NCBI GenBank assembly: GCA_050745085.1
Contig: JBOGJB010000140.1
Coordinates: forward strand, 1-35,615
From: Vicinamibacterales bacterium
Lineage (GTDB): Bacteria > Acidobacteriota > Vicinamibacteria > Vicinamibacterales > 2-12-FULL-66-21
Reading direction: 5' to 3'
DNA length: 35,615 bases
Both the position numbers and the translations under genes were made by a program. Below the pieces are notes generated by a model that was not told where the DNA came from, did no database searches, and saw only the letters and a program-made list of their open reading frames with translations. Positions 27,215 to 35,615 of the stretch are shown here, piece after piece; within the stretch, counting starts at the first letter, position 1, and each line of letters opens with the position of its first letter.

Positions 27215-29068
27215 ATGACTCGGATCTGTTCAATGGTGGCTGTCGGCTTCGTCGCGACCGCGCTGTCGTCCTGGGTCGGTGCTCCCGCCCAGCCGTCCGA
27301 GTGGCGGGACGCCGGCGCGCGCGCGTCCGAGCTCGTCTCGCGGATGACCGTCGCCGAGAAGATCGGGCAGATGACGCAGCCCGATCAGCAGTTCCTGAAG
27401 GACGTCTCCGACATCGAGACGCTCTTCGTCGGGTCGCTCCTGAGCGGAGGCGACTCCGACCCGAAGACGAACAGCCTCCAGGACTGGACCGAGATGTACG
27501 AGCGGTACCAGTCGGTCGCGTTCAAGACGCGCTTGCGCATCCCGCTTCTCTACGGCGTCGACGCGGTCCACGGTCATAGCAACGTCCTGGGTGCCGTGAT
27601 CTTTCCCCACAACATCGGCCTGGGTGCCACGCGGAACGCAAAGCTCGTGGAGGAGATCGGCCGCGTGACCGCGAAGGAAGTCCGCGCCACCGGCATCAAC
27701 TGGACGTTCGCGCCCTGCATCGCCGTGCCTCGCGACGAGCGGTGGGGACGCACCTACGAGGGCTTCTCGGAAGATCCTGCGCTCGTGGCCGAGCTCGGCG
27801 CGGCGGCCGTTCGCGGACTTCAGGCTGGCAGCCTGAAGAACCCGCTCGGCGCCCTCGCCTGCGCCAAGCACTTCGCCGGCGACGGCGGCACCGCATGGGG
27901 CACCGGCATGCGGATGGCGGAGGCGCCGGGCGGACGCTGGCCGCTCGATCGCGGCGACACGCGCGGCGACGAGGCCACGCTGCGACGCCTGTACATCGAT
28001 CTCTACATCCCGGCGATTCGAGCCGGCGTGGGATCGATCATGGTGTCCTACAACAGCTGGAACGGCGCGAAGATGTCGGGGCATCGCCGGCTGCTGACCG
28101 ACGTGCTCAAGAAAGAGCTTGGCTTCGAGGGCTTCCTCATCTCAGATTACAACGCGATCGACGAGCTGCCGGGCGACTACCGCTCCGACGTGCGCGACTC
28201 GGTGAACGCCGGCATGGACATGTTCATGGTGCCGGACAAGTATCGCGAGTTCATCACGACGCTGACCGCCCTCGTTGAAGCGGGCGAGGTCTCGATGGCC
28301 CGCATCGACGATGCGGTCACCCGGATCCTGCGGGTGAAGATCGCGATGGGCCTCATGGAGCCGTCGTGGTCCCCGCGCGCGGACCGCGGCCTCCAGAAGA
28401 CGTTCGGCTCGGCGGAGCACCGCCGCGTCGCCCGTCAGGCGGTCCGTGAGTCCATCGTCCTGCTCAAGAACGACGGGCGAACGCTCCCGATCGCCACCGG
28501 GGCGAAGCGCATCCAGGTGGCGGGCCGGAACGCCGACGATCTCGGCGCGCAGTGCGGCGGCTGGACGATCACGTGGCAGGGCAAGCGCGGTCCGGTGACG
28601 ACCGGCACAACCATCCTGCAAGCCATCCGACGCGCCGTCTCGTCCGGCACGAACGTGACCCATGCCGCGGACGGGGCCGGCGCGAAAGGGGCGGACGTGG
28701 CGGTGGTCGTCGTGGGGGAATCGCCATACGCGGAGTTCTTCGGGGACCGCTCGATCCTGGCGCTTGCCGACGAGGACGTACGGACGATCGCCGCCGTCAA
28801 GGAAACGGGCGTGCCCGTCGTTACCGTGCTCGTGACGGGGCGGCCGCTGATTCTCGGCCAGGCCCTTGCGGCGAGCGACGCGCTGGTGGCAGCCTGGCTG
28901 CCCGGGACCGAAGGGGATGGCGTCGCGGACGTGCTCTTCGGCCGGCACAAGCCCACGGGCAAGCTTCCGTTCACGTGGCCTCGATCGATGGAGCAGATTC
29001 CGATCAATGTTGGTGACACTCCGTATGACCCGTTATTCGCGTTCGGCTTCGGTCTTACCTATCGCTAG
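27215..29068 (+). CDS. Glycoside hydrolase family 3 (periplasmic beta-glucosidase / exo-beta-glucanase type)
   Basis: The start is taken at ATG 27215 ([26 protein letters not shown], a signal peptide). GH3 motifs are present: KHFAGDGGT and [14 protein letters not shown] (the nucleophile Asp context). The two-domain architecture is 617 aa long. Confidence 0.88.
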   Translation: MTRICSMVAVGFVATALSSWVGAPAQPSEWRDAGARASELVSRMTVAEKIGQMTQPDQQFLKDVSDIETLFVGSLLSGGDSDPKTNSLQDWTEMYERYQSVAFKTRLRIPLLYGVDAVHGHSNVLGAVIFPHNIGLGATRNAKLVEEIGRVTAKEVRATGINWTFAPCIAVPRDERWGRTYEGFSEDPALVAELGAAAVRGLQAGSLKNPLGALACAKHFAGDGGTAWGTGMRMAEAPGGRWPLDRGDTRGDEATLRRLYIDLYIPAIRAGVGSIMVSYNSWNGAKMSGHRRLLTDVLKKELGFEGFLISDYNAIDELPGDYRSDVRDSVNAGMDMFMVPDKYREFITTLTALVEAGEVSMARIDDAVTRILRVKIAMGLMEPSWSPRADRGLQKTFGSAEHRRVARQAVRESIVLLKNDGRTLPIATGAKRIQVAGRNADDLGAQCGGWTITWQGKRGPVTTGTTILQAIRRAVSSGTNVTHAADGAGAKGADVAVVVVGESPYAEFFGDRSILALADEDVRTIAAVKETGVPVVTVLVTGRPLILGQALAASDALVAAWLPGTEGDGVADVLFGRHKPTGKLPFTWPRSMEQIPINVGDTPYDPLFAFGFGLTYR

Positions 29069-29141
29069 GGCCGGGTCGATTGCGGCCGTTGCCGCGATCG
29101 TCGTCGCGGGGCTGCCGTCGCACGCCTGGGCCCAGGGTTGA
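29025..29141 (+). other. Orphan signal-peptide reading frame ending in TGA, in frame with the downstream beta-barrel ORF
   Basis: It reads [38 protein letters not shown]-stop, with a basic n-region, a hydrophobic core and an AWA-Q cleavage-type site. TGA at 29139-29141 is immediately followed by GTG 29142 in the same frame. Confidence 0.7.
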
Positions 29142-30179
29142 GTGCTGATCAGACAGAACGCGCCCGTGCTTGGCGCGTCCAGCAACCTGTATCAGCAACC
29201 CGGGGAATGGCAGATTAGCGTGGCGGCCCGCGGGCTGGAATCCGACACGCACTACCGGCTCGACGAGCGCCAGGTGGAGCGCGAGGAGCTCGCCACCTAC
29301 GTCGTCAATCGCCAGTACGCGACCGACGTGACGGCGACCTACGCGTTCAACCGCCAACTCAGCCTGTCGGTCGGCGTGCCGTTCACGGCAGCCTCCTGGT
29401 CGATCCCCAGCCCGACGGGGCCGGCGCTCGGCCCGCGCGCGCAGCAGGACGCTCGCGGCCTCGGCGACATGTCCGTCGGAGGGCGCTACTGGATCGGGAA
29501 CGCGGAGCACTGCGTCAACGGGAACGTCAGCGTGGGGCTGGGCGTGAAGATGCCGACCGGGGAGGACCGCGCGCAGGATCTTTTCCCCGATCGCAACGGC
29601 CAGAACAACCAGCTCCGCTTCGTCGATCAGTCGGTCCAGCCCGGCGACGGCGGGTGGGGGCTGATGGCCGATATTCAGGGCTTCAGGCGGGTCGGCGTGC
29701 GCGGGCAGGTGTTCGCGTCCGGCAGCTACCTCGCGAACCCGCGCGACACGAACGACACTCCGTCGCTGACCGTGTCGCGCCTGCCGCCCGGCGTGCCGCC
29801 GCCCGCCAACTCGGACCGCCTCGTGAACTCGGTCCCCGACCAGTACCTCGTCCGCGCCGGCGCCGCGTACGCGGTCACGAGAAGGATCGGCGTCATGGGC
29901 GCGTATCGGCTGGAGGGACAGCGGCGCTACGACCTGATCGGCAAGAGCCACGGCTTCCGGCGTCCGGGCGTCGCGATGTTCATCGAGCCGGGCGTCAGCA
30001 TCGACACCGGTCCGGGGGCGATGTGGATGGCGCTGCCGGTTTCGTTCTACGTCAACCGGAAGCCGGATCCTTACACCGGCAACCAGGGAGATGCGACGTT
30101 CCCGAAGGTCATCTTCCTTGCGGGGTATCAGTTCCGTTTCGGCGGGCGTGCGGCCCCGGTGGCCACAGAGTCGAAGTAG
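29142..30179 (+). CDS. Outer-membrane beta-barrel protein (MetA-pathway/transporter-like), mature part only; possible pseudogene or recoded gene
   Basis: 345-aa ORF with alternating beta-strand patterns, an LGDMSVGGRYW motif and a near-terminal GYQFRF. It has no signal peptide of its own; that is encoded upstream of the in-frame TGA. The family assignment is tentative. Confidence 0.6.
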   Translation: MLIRQNAPVLGASSNLYQQPGEWQISVAARGLESDTHYRLDERQVEREELATYVVNRQYATDVTATYAFNRQLSLSVGVPFTAASWSIPSPTGPALGPRAQQDARGLGDMSVGGRYWIGNAEHCVNGNVSVGLGVKMPTGEDRAQDLFPDRNGQNNQLRFVDQSVQPGDGGWGLMADIQGFRRVGVRGQVFASGSYLANPRDTNDTPSLTVSRLPPGVPPPANSDRLVNSVPDQYLVRAGAAYAVTRRIGVMGAYRLEGQRRYDLIGKSHGFRRPGVAMFIEPGVSIDTGPGAMWMALPVSFYVNRKPDPYTGNQGDATFPKVIFLAGYQFRFGGRAAPVATESK

Positions 30180-31192
30180 CTCGCGCGCGACGCGATCGTC
30201 TGCTTCGCAGTCTCAATCTGCTCGAGGTTCCGCTCGTACGAGAGTTCGAGCGCGCCTGAGGGGAGGCCGCGCTCCGGCGGATAGATACGTTCGCGATAGA
30301 CCGGGTACGCCTCCGTCCGCAGGTGCGCGAGCATGTGATGGCCACGCCGCGTCTCGCGCTCGTGCCTGAGCGCGCTGACGTCGATCGGCCCGACCACGAT
30401 CCGCTCGCCCGGTCCGGGTGAAGCCTCCGCGATTATCCTGCCGTCGAAGTCCACGATCTGACTGCCGCCCGGCCACGAGTACGGCGGGTAGTGCCGCAGG
30501 CTCGCCCCCTGGTTGGCGGCGACGACGAACGCGACGTTCTCGAGCGCGCGGCAGCGGTTGACGATCGTCCACCAGTTCATCGGCTCGGTCGCGCCCCACG
30601 GGTCCATGTACGCGGAGACGCGGACGAGCACTTCGGCGCCGTTCGCGGCGAGCTGGCGGATCGCCTCCGGAAATAGCCAGTCGTAGCAGATCGCGCAGCC
30701 GATGCGGCCGATCTCGGTGTCGGCGACCGGAAAAAGCGGCTCGTCGTAGCCCGCGATGTCATGCGGGCTCGCATGGACCTCGTACGGGATCCACGGGTTG
30801 ACCTTTCGGTACCTATAAAGGATGCCTTCCGGGCCAATGAGGCACGTCGTGTTGAAGACGACGCCCGGCCACCGCGGATCCGCCTCGATGAAGGACCCGC
30901 TCTGGATGTAGATGCCCAGCTCGCGCGCGCGTCGCTCGAGCCGATCGGTGTGCTCGTTCGGGATCGGCAGCGCGAGACGGTCGGCCAGCTCCGCGGCCGT
31001 CGGGTACACGGGAGCGGCGTGCGCGAACTCCGGAAAGACGACGAGCCTGACCGGGAGGAACGGCGCGCTGCCCGCGACCGCTGCGTCGACCATCGCCAGC
31101 ATGCGATCGGTGTTGTTGCGCATGTCGGTCCGGTCCGCGGGGTTGGCGAGGTCGGTCTGGCAGGCTGCGGCGGCGTAGCGAATGTGAGTCAT
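30128..31192 (-). CDS. Carbon-nitrogen hydrolase family protein (nitrilase/aliphatic-amidase-like)
   Basis: The start is taken at ATG 31192 (MTHIRYAAAACQTDL), overlapping the upstream stop (ATGA). The Glu-Lys-Cys triad contexts are LVVFPEF, YRKVNPW and GCAICYDWLFPE. The layout resembles AmiE/AmiF-type amidases. Confidence 0.85.
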   Translation of the reverse strand: MTHIRYAAAACQTDLANPADRTDMRNNTDRMLAMVDAAVAGSAPFLPVRLVVFPEFAHAAPVYPTAAELADRLALPIPNEHTDRLERRARELGIYIQSGSFIEADPRWPGVVFNTTCLIGPEGILYRYRKVNPWIPYEVHASPHDIAGYDEPLFPVADTEIGRIGCAICYDWLFPEAIRQLAANGAEVLVRVSAYMDPWGATEPMNWWTIVNRCRALENVAFVVAANQGASLRHYPPYSWPGGSQIVDFDGRIIAEASPGPGERIVVGPIDVSALRHERETRRGHHMLAHLRTEAYPVYRERIYPPERGLPSGALELSYERNLEQIETAKQTIASRASYFDSVATGAARPPKRN

Positions 31193-34100
31193 GGCTGAGG
31201 CCCGATGAGCGGCGGCAGCATGCGGCTGACGATCCGCGTGTTGTAGCGTTGGAGGTACTCCTGGTGCGCGCTGCTGGCCGGATACCTTTCCGGCGGCGCG
31301 TACGGATAGCTCGTCATTCCATGGAACGGCATCGGCCACACCGCGTCGGGGCTGGACGAGTGCAGGTCCATCTCCTTGCTGAAGCCGTCGGCATGCAGGA
31401 GGAACGTCCGGGCCGAGCCGGCCGGCAGGGATGGCAACCCGCGCGCGTCGAACGACAGGGCGATCTCGTCGCCGGGGCGAGAGACGACGAACCTGTCGTC
31501 GGTCGCGCGGACGAGCGGGCGCACGTCCCCCTCGCGCGTGTAGCGACCCGGCATCAGCTTCCAGGGCGAGATGGCCGAGACGCGCGCGTAGTCGTAGCGG
31601 TACGGCTCGTCCGGTGTCGATTCGGCCGAGTAGCCGCGCCAGCGGAGGTGCGCGCGGATCGGCTCGAGGGGTCTCAGTCTGAACGGCGCGCGGCCATCCG
31701 ACACGTCAATCAAGATCTGGTCCCAGTAGATCCGCATCGTCGTCGAGATTCGCACGTGGCGCGCCGACGGCGGAATCGACTCCGACAGATCCACGACCAC
31801 CGTCTGCGGCCGGCCGACGGGGACGCCGATATCGGCGATGGCGATGCGCCAGCGTCCGTTGTCATCCTTGATCTCGAGCGACGGCGGCAGCAGCCGCAAC
31901 CCCGCCTGGCTCGCGGCGAAGTTGTCGCTCGAGAACGCGTAATCGGTCCAGCCGGTCAGCAGGAGCAGCCGGCGCCCGGTCCGAGATTCGGGGAGGGTCA
32001 GCGTGACGTGATGCGGCGCGGCGTAGCCGCGGATCCGCTCGAGCGCGAAGTCATCGGGATAACGGCGATCCGGACGCGACACGCGGTCCAGCACATCGTG
32101 GCCGTGCTCGTCGATCGCGGCCAGCGGCGGGGCGGCGCCGCGCGTCGTGTGCAGCCGGAACGGCGGCGGCGCGCCTCTGAGGCCTTCTTCCGGATAAATC
32201 CCCACCTCCGCAGGATGATCGATCGCGATGAGCTGCGCGCGATCGAGGAAGAGCGCCTCTTCCAGCTCGTTGGTCACGCGCAGCTCGTACTGGCCGTCGC
32301 GCTCACGGAGCTGACGGCCGTCGATGCGCACGTACTCATCCGGGTCCGGCCGGGTCCTCACGCCGGGCGCGACGAAGTACCCCAGCTCGCCGCCGCCGAG
32401 GAAATCGGTCACAAACTCGAACTGCTCGCCGTTCCAGGTGTAGAGGTACGGACAGGACGAGGGTTTGCGATCCAGCTCATGGACGGTGAGCGCAGCTTCG
32501 GTCGAAGCGGGGATCTCGGCCTGCAGGATGCCCGCGGGCCAGAGCACGCGCACGACGTCGGCGCCGGCCCGCGCGCCGAGGCCGAACAGAAGGTCGGCCG
32601 TGGCGACCGCCGGGGTCGCGGCCGACGTCTCGAGCTTCTGGCGCAGGCTGCCGGCGCGCATCTCGACTTTGGATCCGAGCGCGCTGCGGTTGCTCACTCG
32701 CGCGTTCAGACGCACCCGGAGCGAGCGTCCCGCATTTCCGCCTTCGTTGCGCAGGACGATCGGACCTCCGCTGTCGGGACGCAGGATGAGGTCGACGTCA
32801 CCATCTCCGTCGACGTCCCCCGTCGCCACCGACCCTGGCGAATAGTTGGCAGGCGCAGAGGATCCCAGCGCTCGTGCGGTGACGTCCATCCATCGAGCGC
32901 CAAGATTGCGGAGCAGCCGCGGGCCGGCCGAGGTCAGCGTCAGCAGGTCGAGAAGCCCGTCGTTGTCGTAGTCGATGAACTGCGCCGCCCTGACGTCGGT
33001 GGCGGCGCCGATGGGCTCGACCCTGAACCGGCCGCGCCCGTCGCTGAGCGCCAGCGCCGCTCCGGCCGCGCGGCCGAAGACGATGTCCGTGTACCCGTCC
33101 TTGTTGACGTCGGCCAGCGCGATCGCGTCCGCGCTGCCTCCAGCGGCGAGCGTGGTCTCGGCCGCTACATCCCGGAACGTCCCATCGCGCATGTTGCGCA
33201 GCAGGAGCGGGTTGGCGCCTCCATGCGCCACGACGATGTCAATGTCGCGGCGGTTGTCGTAGTCAGTCGGCGCCACGCCGGCGACCTGGGTCTTCATCTC
33301 CAGACCGGCTGCGACGGTGATATCGGTGAACGTCCCGTCGCCGTTGTTGCGCGCGAGCAGGAGCGATCCGCGGGTACCACCGGCTGAGCCTCCGACGAGG
33401 GCGTCGAGATCGCCGTCGTGGTCGGCGTCGAGCCACGCGGCGGTGCGCGGCGACGACGGACCGGCAGGCAGGCCCGTGACCTCTTCAAACCGGCCCGCGT
33501 CCTGTCGAAAGAGCGACCAGCGATCGTCGTCTAGCAGGAGCAGGTCCGGGAGAAAATCGTTGTCGTAGTCACCCGCTACAGCGTGCCGCGGAATCCTCGC
33601 GCCAAAGGTCGCCCCGCCCGTCCTGTCGCTGAAGCGGCCGCGGTCATTGCGGTAGAAGTGAAGCCCGAGCGGATCGATGTCGATCAGATCGAGGTCGCCG
33701 TCGCCGTCCAGATCGACGAGCGTGGCACGCCCTCTGCGCGCCGCGCCCTCCCGCTTCCGCGCGTCCTGCAGGACGGTCGCCGTCACGTCCGTGAACGTCA
33801 CGTCCGGGACACGCTCATCCACGAGCTCGGGCTCAGCGCCCGTCGACGCGATTGCCTCCGCGTACCGTCCCTGCTCGAGGTAGTTCTGCGAATAGGTCGT
33901 GGCATACGCGGTGTCGCGCAGCTTCTGGAACCGGGCCATCGCCGCGGTCCCTTCCTCGCGCGAGCCCGCGCGCGTGAGCGCCATCGCGAGGCCGTACGCG
34001 GCCGTCACGTTGAACGGCTCCGCGTCGAGCGCGGCCTGAAAGAGGTCGCGCGCTTCCGCATACTCCCGCTCCTGCAGAAGGAGCTGACCCAGTTGCGTCG

Positions 34101-34503
34101 CGGCGCCGGGGTCGCGTGAGTCCAGCTCGCGCACGCGCGCGAATGCGGCGACAGCGTCCGGCGTCCGGTTTTCCGCTCGCGCGATGAGACCCAGGATGTA
34201 CGGCGCCTGTGGGACCGCGGACATGCGGGCCGCCGCCGCTTCCGCCTCCTTGCGCGCCGCCGGCAAATCCGCCGCGTAGAACAGCGCGATGGCGAGGTTG
34301 ACGCGCGCAAACGTCAGGTCGGGTTGCTGTTCGAGCGCCTGGCGGAAGGCGGCGGCCGCCGCCGGATAGTCGAACTGCTCGAGGCGCGCGACGCCGAGGT
34401 TGTTCGCGCGATAGGCGTCTTCGACAGATTGGGCCGACTGCTGGAATAGCGCACCGGCGGCGAGCGCTATCCCGCATCCCACGACGGCGAGCGCCCGCGT
34501 CAT
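31189..34503 (-). CDS. Large secreted protein: TPR repeats + FG-GAP/VCBS repeats + ASPIC/UnbV domain + ~425-aa uncharacterised C-terminal domain
   Basis: The start is taken at ATG 34503 (MTRALAVVGCGIALAAGALF), overlapping the upstream stop (ATGA). TPR-like repeats cover ORF aa ~60-250 and DxDGDGDLD loops cover ~290-620. An UnbV-like segment (RSLRVRLNARVSNRSALGSKVEMRAGS) follows, then a distinct domain beginning SCPYLYTWNGEQFEFVTDF. Confidence 0.85.
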   Translation of the reverse strand: MTRALAVVGCGIALAAGALFQQSAQSVEDAYRANNLGVARLEQFDYPAAAAAFRQALEQQPDLTFARVNLAIALFYAADLPAARKEAEAAAARMSAVPQAPYILGLIARAENRTPDAVAAFARVRELDSRDPGAATQLGQLLLQEREYAEARDLFQAALDAEPFNVTAAYGLAMALTRAGSREEGTAAMARFQKLRDTAYATTYSQNYLEQGRYAEAIASTGAEPELVDERVPDVTFTDVTATVLQDARKREGAARRGRATLVDLDGDGDLDLIDIDPLGLHFYRNDRGRFSDRTGGATFGARIPRHAVAGDYDNDFLPDLLLLDDDRWSLFRQDAGRFEEVTGLPAGPSSPRTAAWLDADHDGDLDALVGGSAGGTRGSLLLARNNGDGTFTDITVAAGLEMKTQVAGVAPTDYDNRRDIDIVVAHGGANPLLLRNMRDGTFRDVAAETTLAAGGSADAIALADVNKDGYTDIVFGRAAGAALALSDGRGRFRVEPIGAATDVRAAQFIDYDNDGLLDLLTLTSAGPRLLRNLGARWMDVTARALGSSAPANYSPGSVATGDVDGDGDVDLILRPDSGGPIVLRNEGGNAGRSLRVRLNARVSNRSALGSKVEMRAGSLRQKLETSAATPAVATADLLFGLGARAGADVVRVLWPAGILQAEIPASTEAALTVHELDRKPSSCPYLYTWNGEQFEFVTDFLGGGELGYFVAPGVRTRPDPDEYVRIDGRQLRERDGQYELRVTNELEEALFLDRAQLIAIDHPAEVGIYPEEGLRGAPPPFRLHTTRGAAPPLAAIDEHGHDVLDRVSRPDRRYPDDFALERIRGYAAPHHVTLTLPESRTGRRLLLLTGWTDYAFSSDNFAASQAGLRLLPPSLEIKDDNGRWRIAIADIGVPVGRPQTVVVDLSESIPPSARHVRISTTMRIYWDQILIDVSDGRAPFRLRPLEPIRAHLRWRGYSAESTPDEPYRYDYARVSAISPWKLMPGRYTREGDVRPLVRATDDRFVVSRPGDEIALSFDARGLPSLPAGSARTFLLHADGFSKEMDLHSSSPDAVWPMPFHGMTSYPYAPPERYPASSAHQEYLQRYNTRIVSRMLPPLIGPQP

Positions 34504-35615
34504 TGCCCGGCGGACCGCGTCGAGTCGCGTAGTTCTTCGACTGTCACCGTCTGGTTCGCGCGCGTCCCCGGCAGCGTCTGCGTGCGGCCGTTCGGCCACT
34601 TCACCTCGATCTTGTCCACGCGATCGGCGCGGCCGAGACCGAACGTTAGCGGCAGCTCGCTTTGCGAGCAGTAGCTGGACCCGCTCTTGACGAGCGCCCA
34701 GGCCGACGGCCGGCCCCCGGCGAGCGTCACACGTACGGACGTGCCGATGGCGTCGCGGTTGGACACCGTCCCAACGGCCTGCACGCGCAGCCAGTTGTTA
34801 CGAGGCCCGCCTGCGCGGCCGGAGCCGCCTTGAGGCGGCGAAGGCGCGCCGTCGTTGCGCAGCAGCCGCGCGGGGCCGTTGTTGGTCGTGACGAGCAGAT
34901 CGAGGTCGCCGTCGTTGTCGTAGTCGCCATAGGCGGCGCCGCGCGCTACCATCGGCCGGGTCATCGCCGCGCCCACGCGTGCGGTGACGGCTTCAAACTG
35001 CCGCTTGCCGAGATTCCGGAACAGGTGCGGCGGCTGAGCGTAGGTCACCCTCGGCTGCACGGCGTTCACGTCGTCGGCGACGTGACCGTTGGCCGCGAAG
35101 ATGTCCAGGCGACCGTCGAGATCGAAGTCGAAGAAGAAGCAAGCGAAGGTCAACGTGAGCAGCGAGGCGCGCCCGATCGTGGACGGCGGCGCCTCGTCTA
35201 TGAAGAGGCCGTTCCCTTCGTTCGTGTACAGCGCCATCATCTCGTTCGAGAAGTTGCCGATGACGAGGCTCTGACGGCCGGAGCCGTCGTAGTCGGCGGC
35301 GTCGACGCCCATGCCGGCCCGCGCGACGCCCGCTTCGTTGAACGCGACGCCGGCCGCGACGCCGACATCGTTGAACGTCCCGTTCTTCTTGTTCTCGTAC
35401 AGGCGGTTCGGCTGCGTGTCGTTGGCGACGAACAGATCGATCCATCCATCGTCGTTGAAGTCGATCAGCGCGACACCGAGCGCTTTGGCCGTCGGGTCGA
35501 GCAGCCCCGCGGGCTTCGTGGCGTTCTCGAACGTGCCGTCGCCGCGGTTGCGGTAGAGCGTCGAGCTCTGCCCCTTGTACGACTCCGGCGTGCAGTAGGA
35601 CTTGGTCTTGCCGTC
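34500..35615 (-). CDS. CRTAC1 family (FG-GAP + ASPIC/UnbV) protein, N-terminus outside window
   Basis: I translated the minus-strand frame up to base 35615 and it stays open (…GDGTFENATKPAGLL…DFNDDGWIDLFVAND…NGTFNDV…GMGVDAADYDGSG…). The C-terminus, NWLRVQAVGTVSNRDAIGTSVRVTLAG...GSSYCSQSELPLTFGLG, is typical UnbV/ASPIC. Confidence 0.85.
   Translation of the reverse strand, partial: DGKTKSYCTPESYKGQSSTLYRNRGDGTFENATKPAGLLDPTAKALGVALIDFNDDGWIDLFVANDTQPNRLYENKKNGTFNDVGVAAGVAFNEAGVARAGMGVDAADYDGSGRQSLVIGNFSNEMMALYTNEGNGLFIDEAPPSTIGRASLLTLTFACFFFDFDLDGRLDIFAANGHVADDVNAVQPRVTYAQPPHLFRNLGKRQFEAVTARVGAAMTRPMVARGAAYGDYDNDGDLDLLVTTNNGPARLLRNDGAPSPPQGGSGRAGGPRNNWLRVQAVGTVSNRDAIGTSVRVTLAGGRPSAWALVKSGSSYCSQSELPLTFGLGRADRVDKIEVKWPNGRTQTLPGTRANQTVTVEELRDSTRSAGQ

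Noticed and set aside
29139-29141. Genome-wide reassignment of TGA (as in some candidate phyla)
   Set aside because: TGA clearly terminates adk, rpmJ, rpsK and several minus-strand genes in this same window at positions consistent with homologue lengths.

Overview
High-GC (roughly 68-70%) bacterial chromosomal segment. The gene content (Oar-like TonB-dependent receptor, CRTAC1/ASPIC-UnbV, PEGA and TPR-rich envelope proteins) suggests an Acidobacteriota-like organism; that is an inference, not a search result. Bases 1-7867 carry the distal spc operon and the alpha operon on the + strand: rpsE'-rpmD-rplO-secY-adk-map-infA-rpmJ-rpsM-rpsK-rpsD-rpoA-rplQ. The rest is envelope and glycan-utilisation DNA. 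It holds a PEGA/TonB_C pair and a ROK regulator divergent from a secreted GH2 exo-glucosaminidase-like::PIG-L deacetylase fusion that is coupled to an APC permease. It also holds a four-gene sulfatase-like-TPR/TPR/TPR/CRTAC1 operon, a TonB-dependent receptor-GH3-beta-barrel cassette, and a second CRTAC1 / TPR-FG-GAP-ASPIC / carbon-nitrogen hydrolase operon. No rRNA, tRNA, CRISPR array, transposase or integrase was seen. The most unusual signal is non-coding. Almost every spacer of the ribosomal operon, and two junctions elsewhere, contains tandem 7-nt repeats. In five places these are arranged as inverted arrays that form long hairpins abutting stop codons. Other notable items are an in-frame TGA separating a textbook signal peptide from its beta-barrel protein, and the GH2::PIG-L fusion locus.
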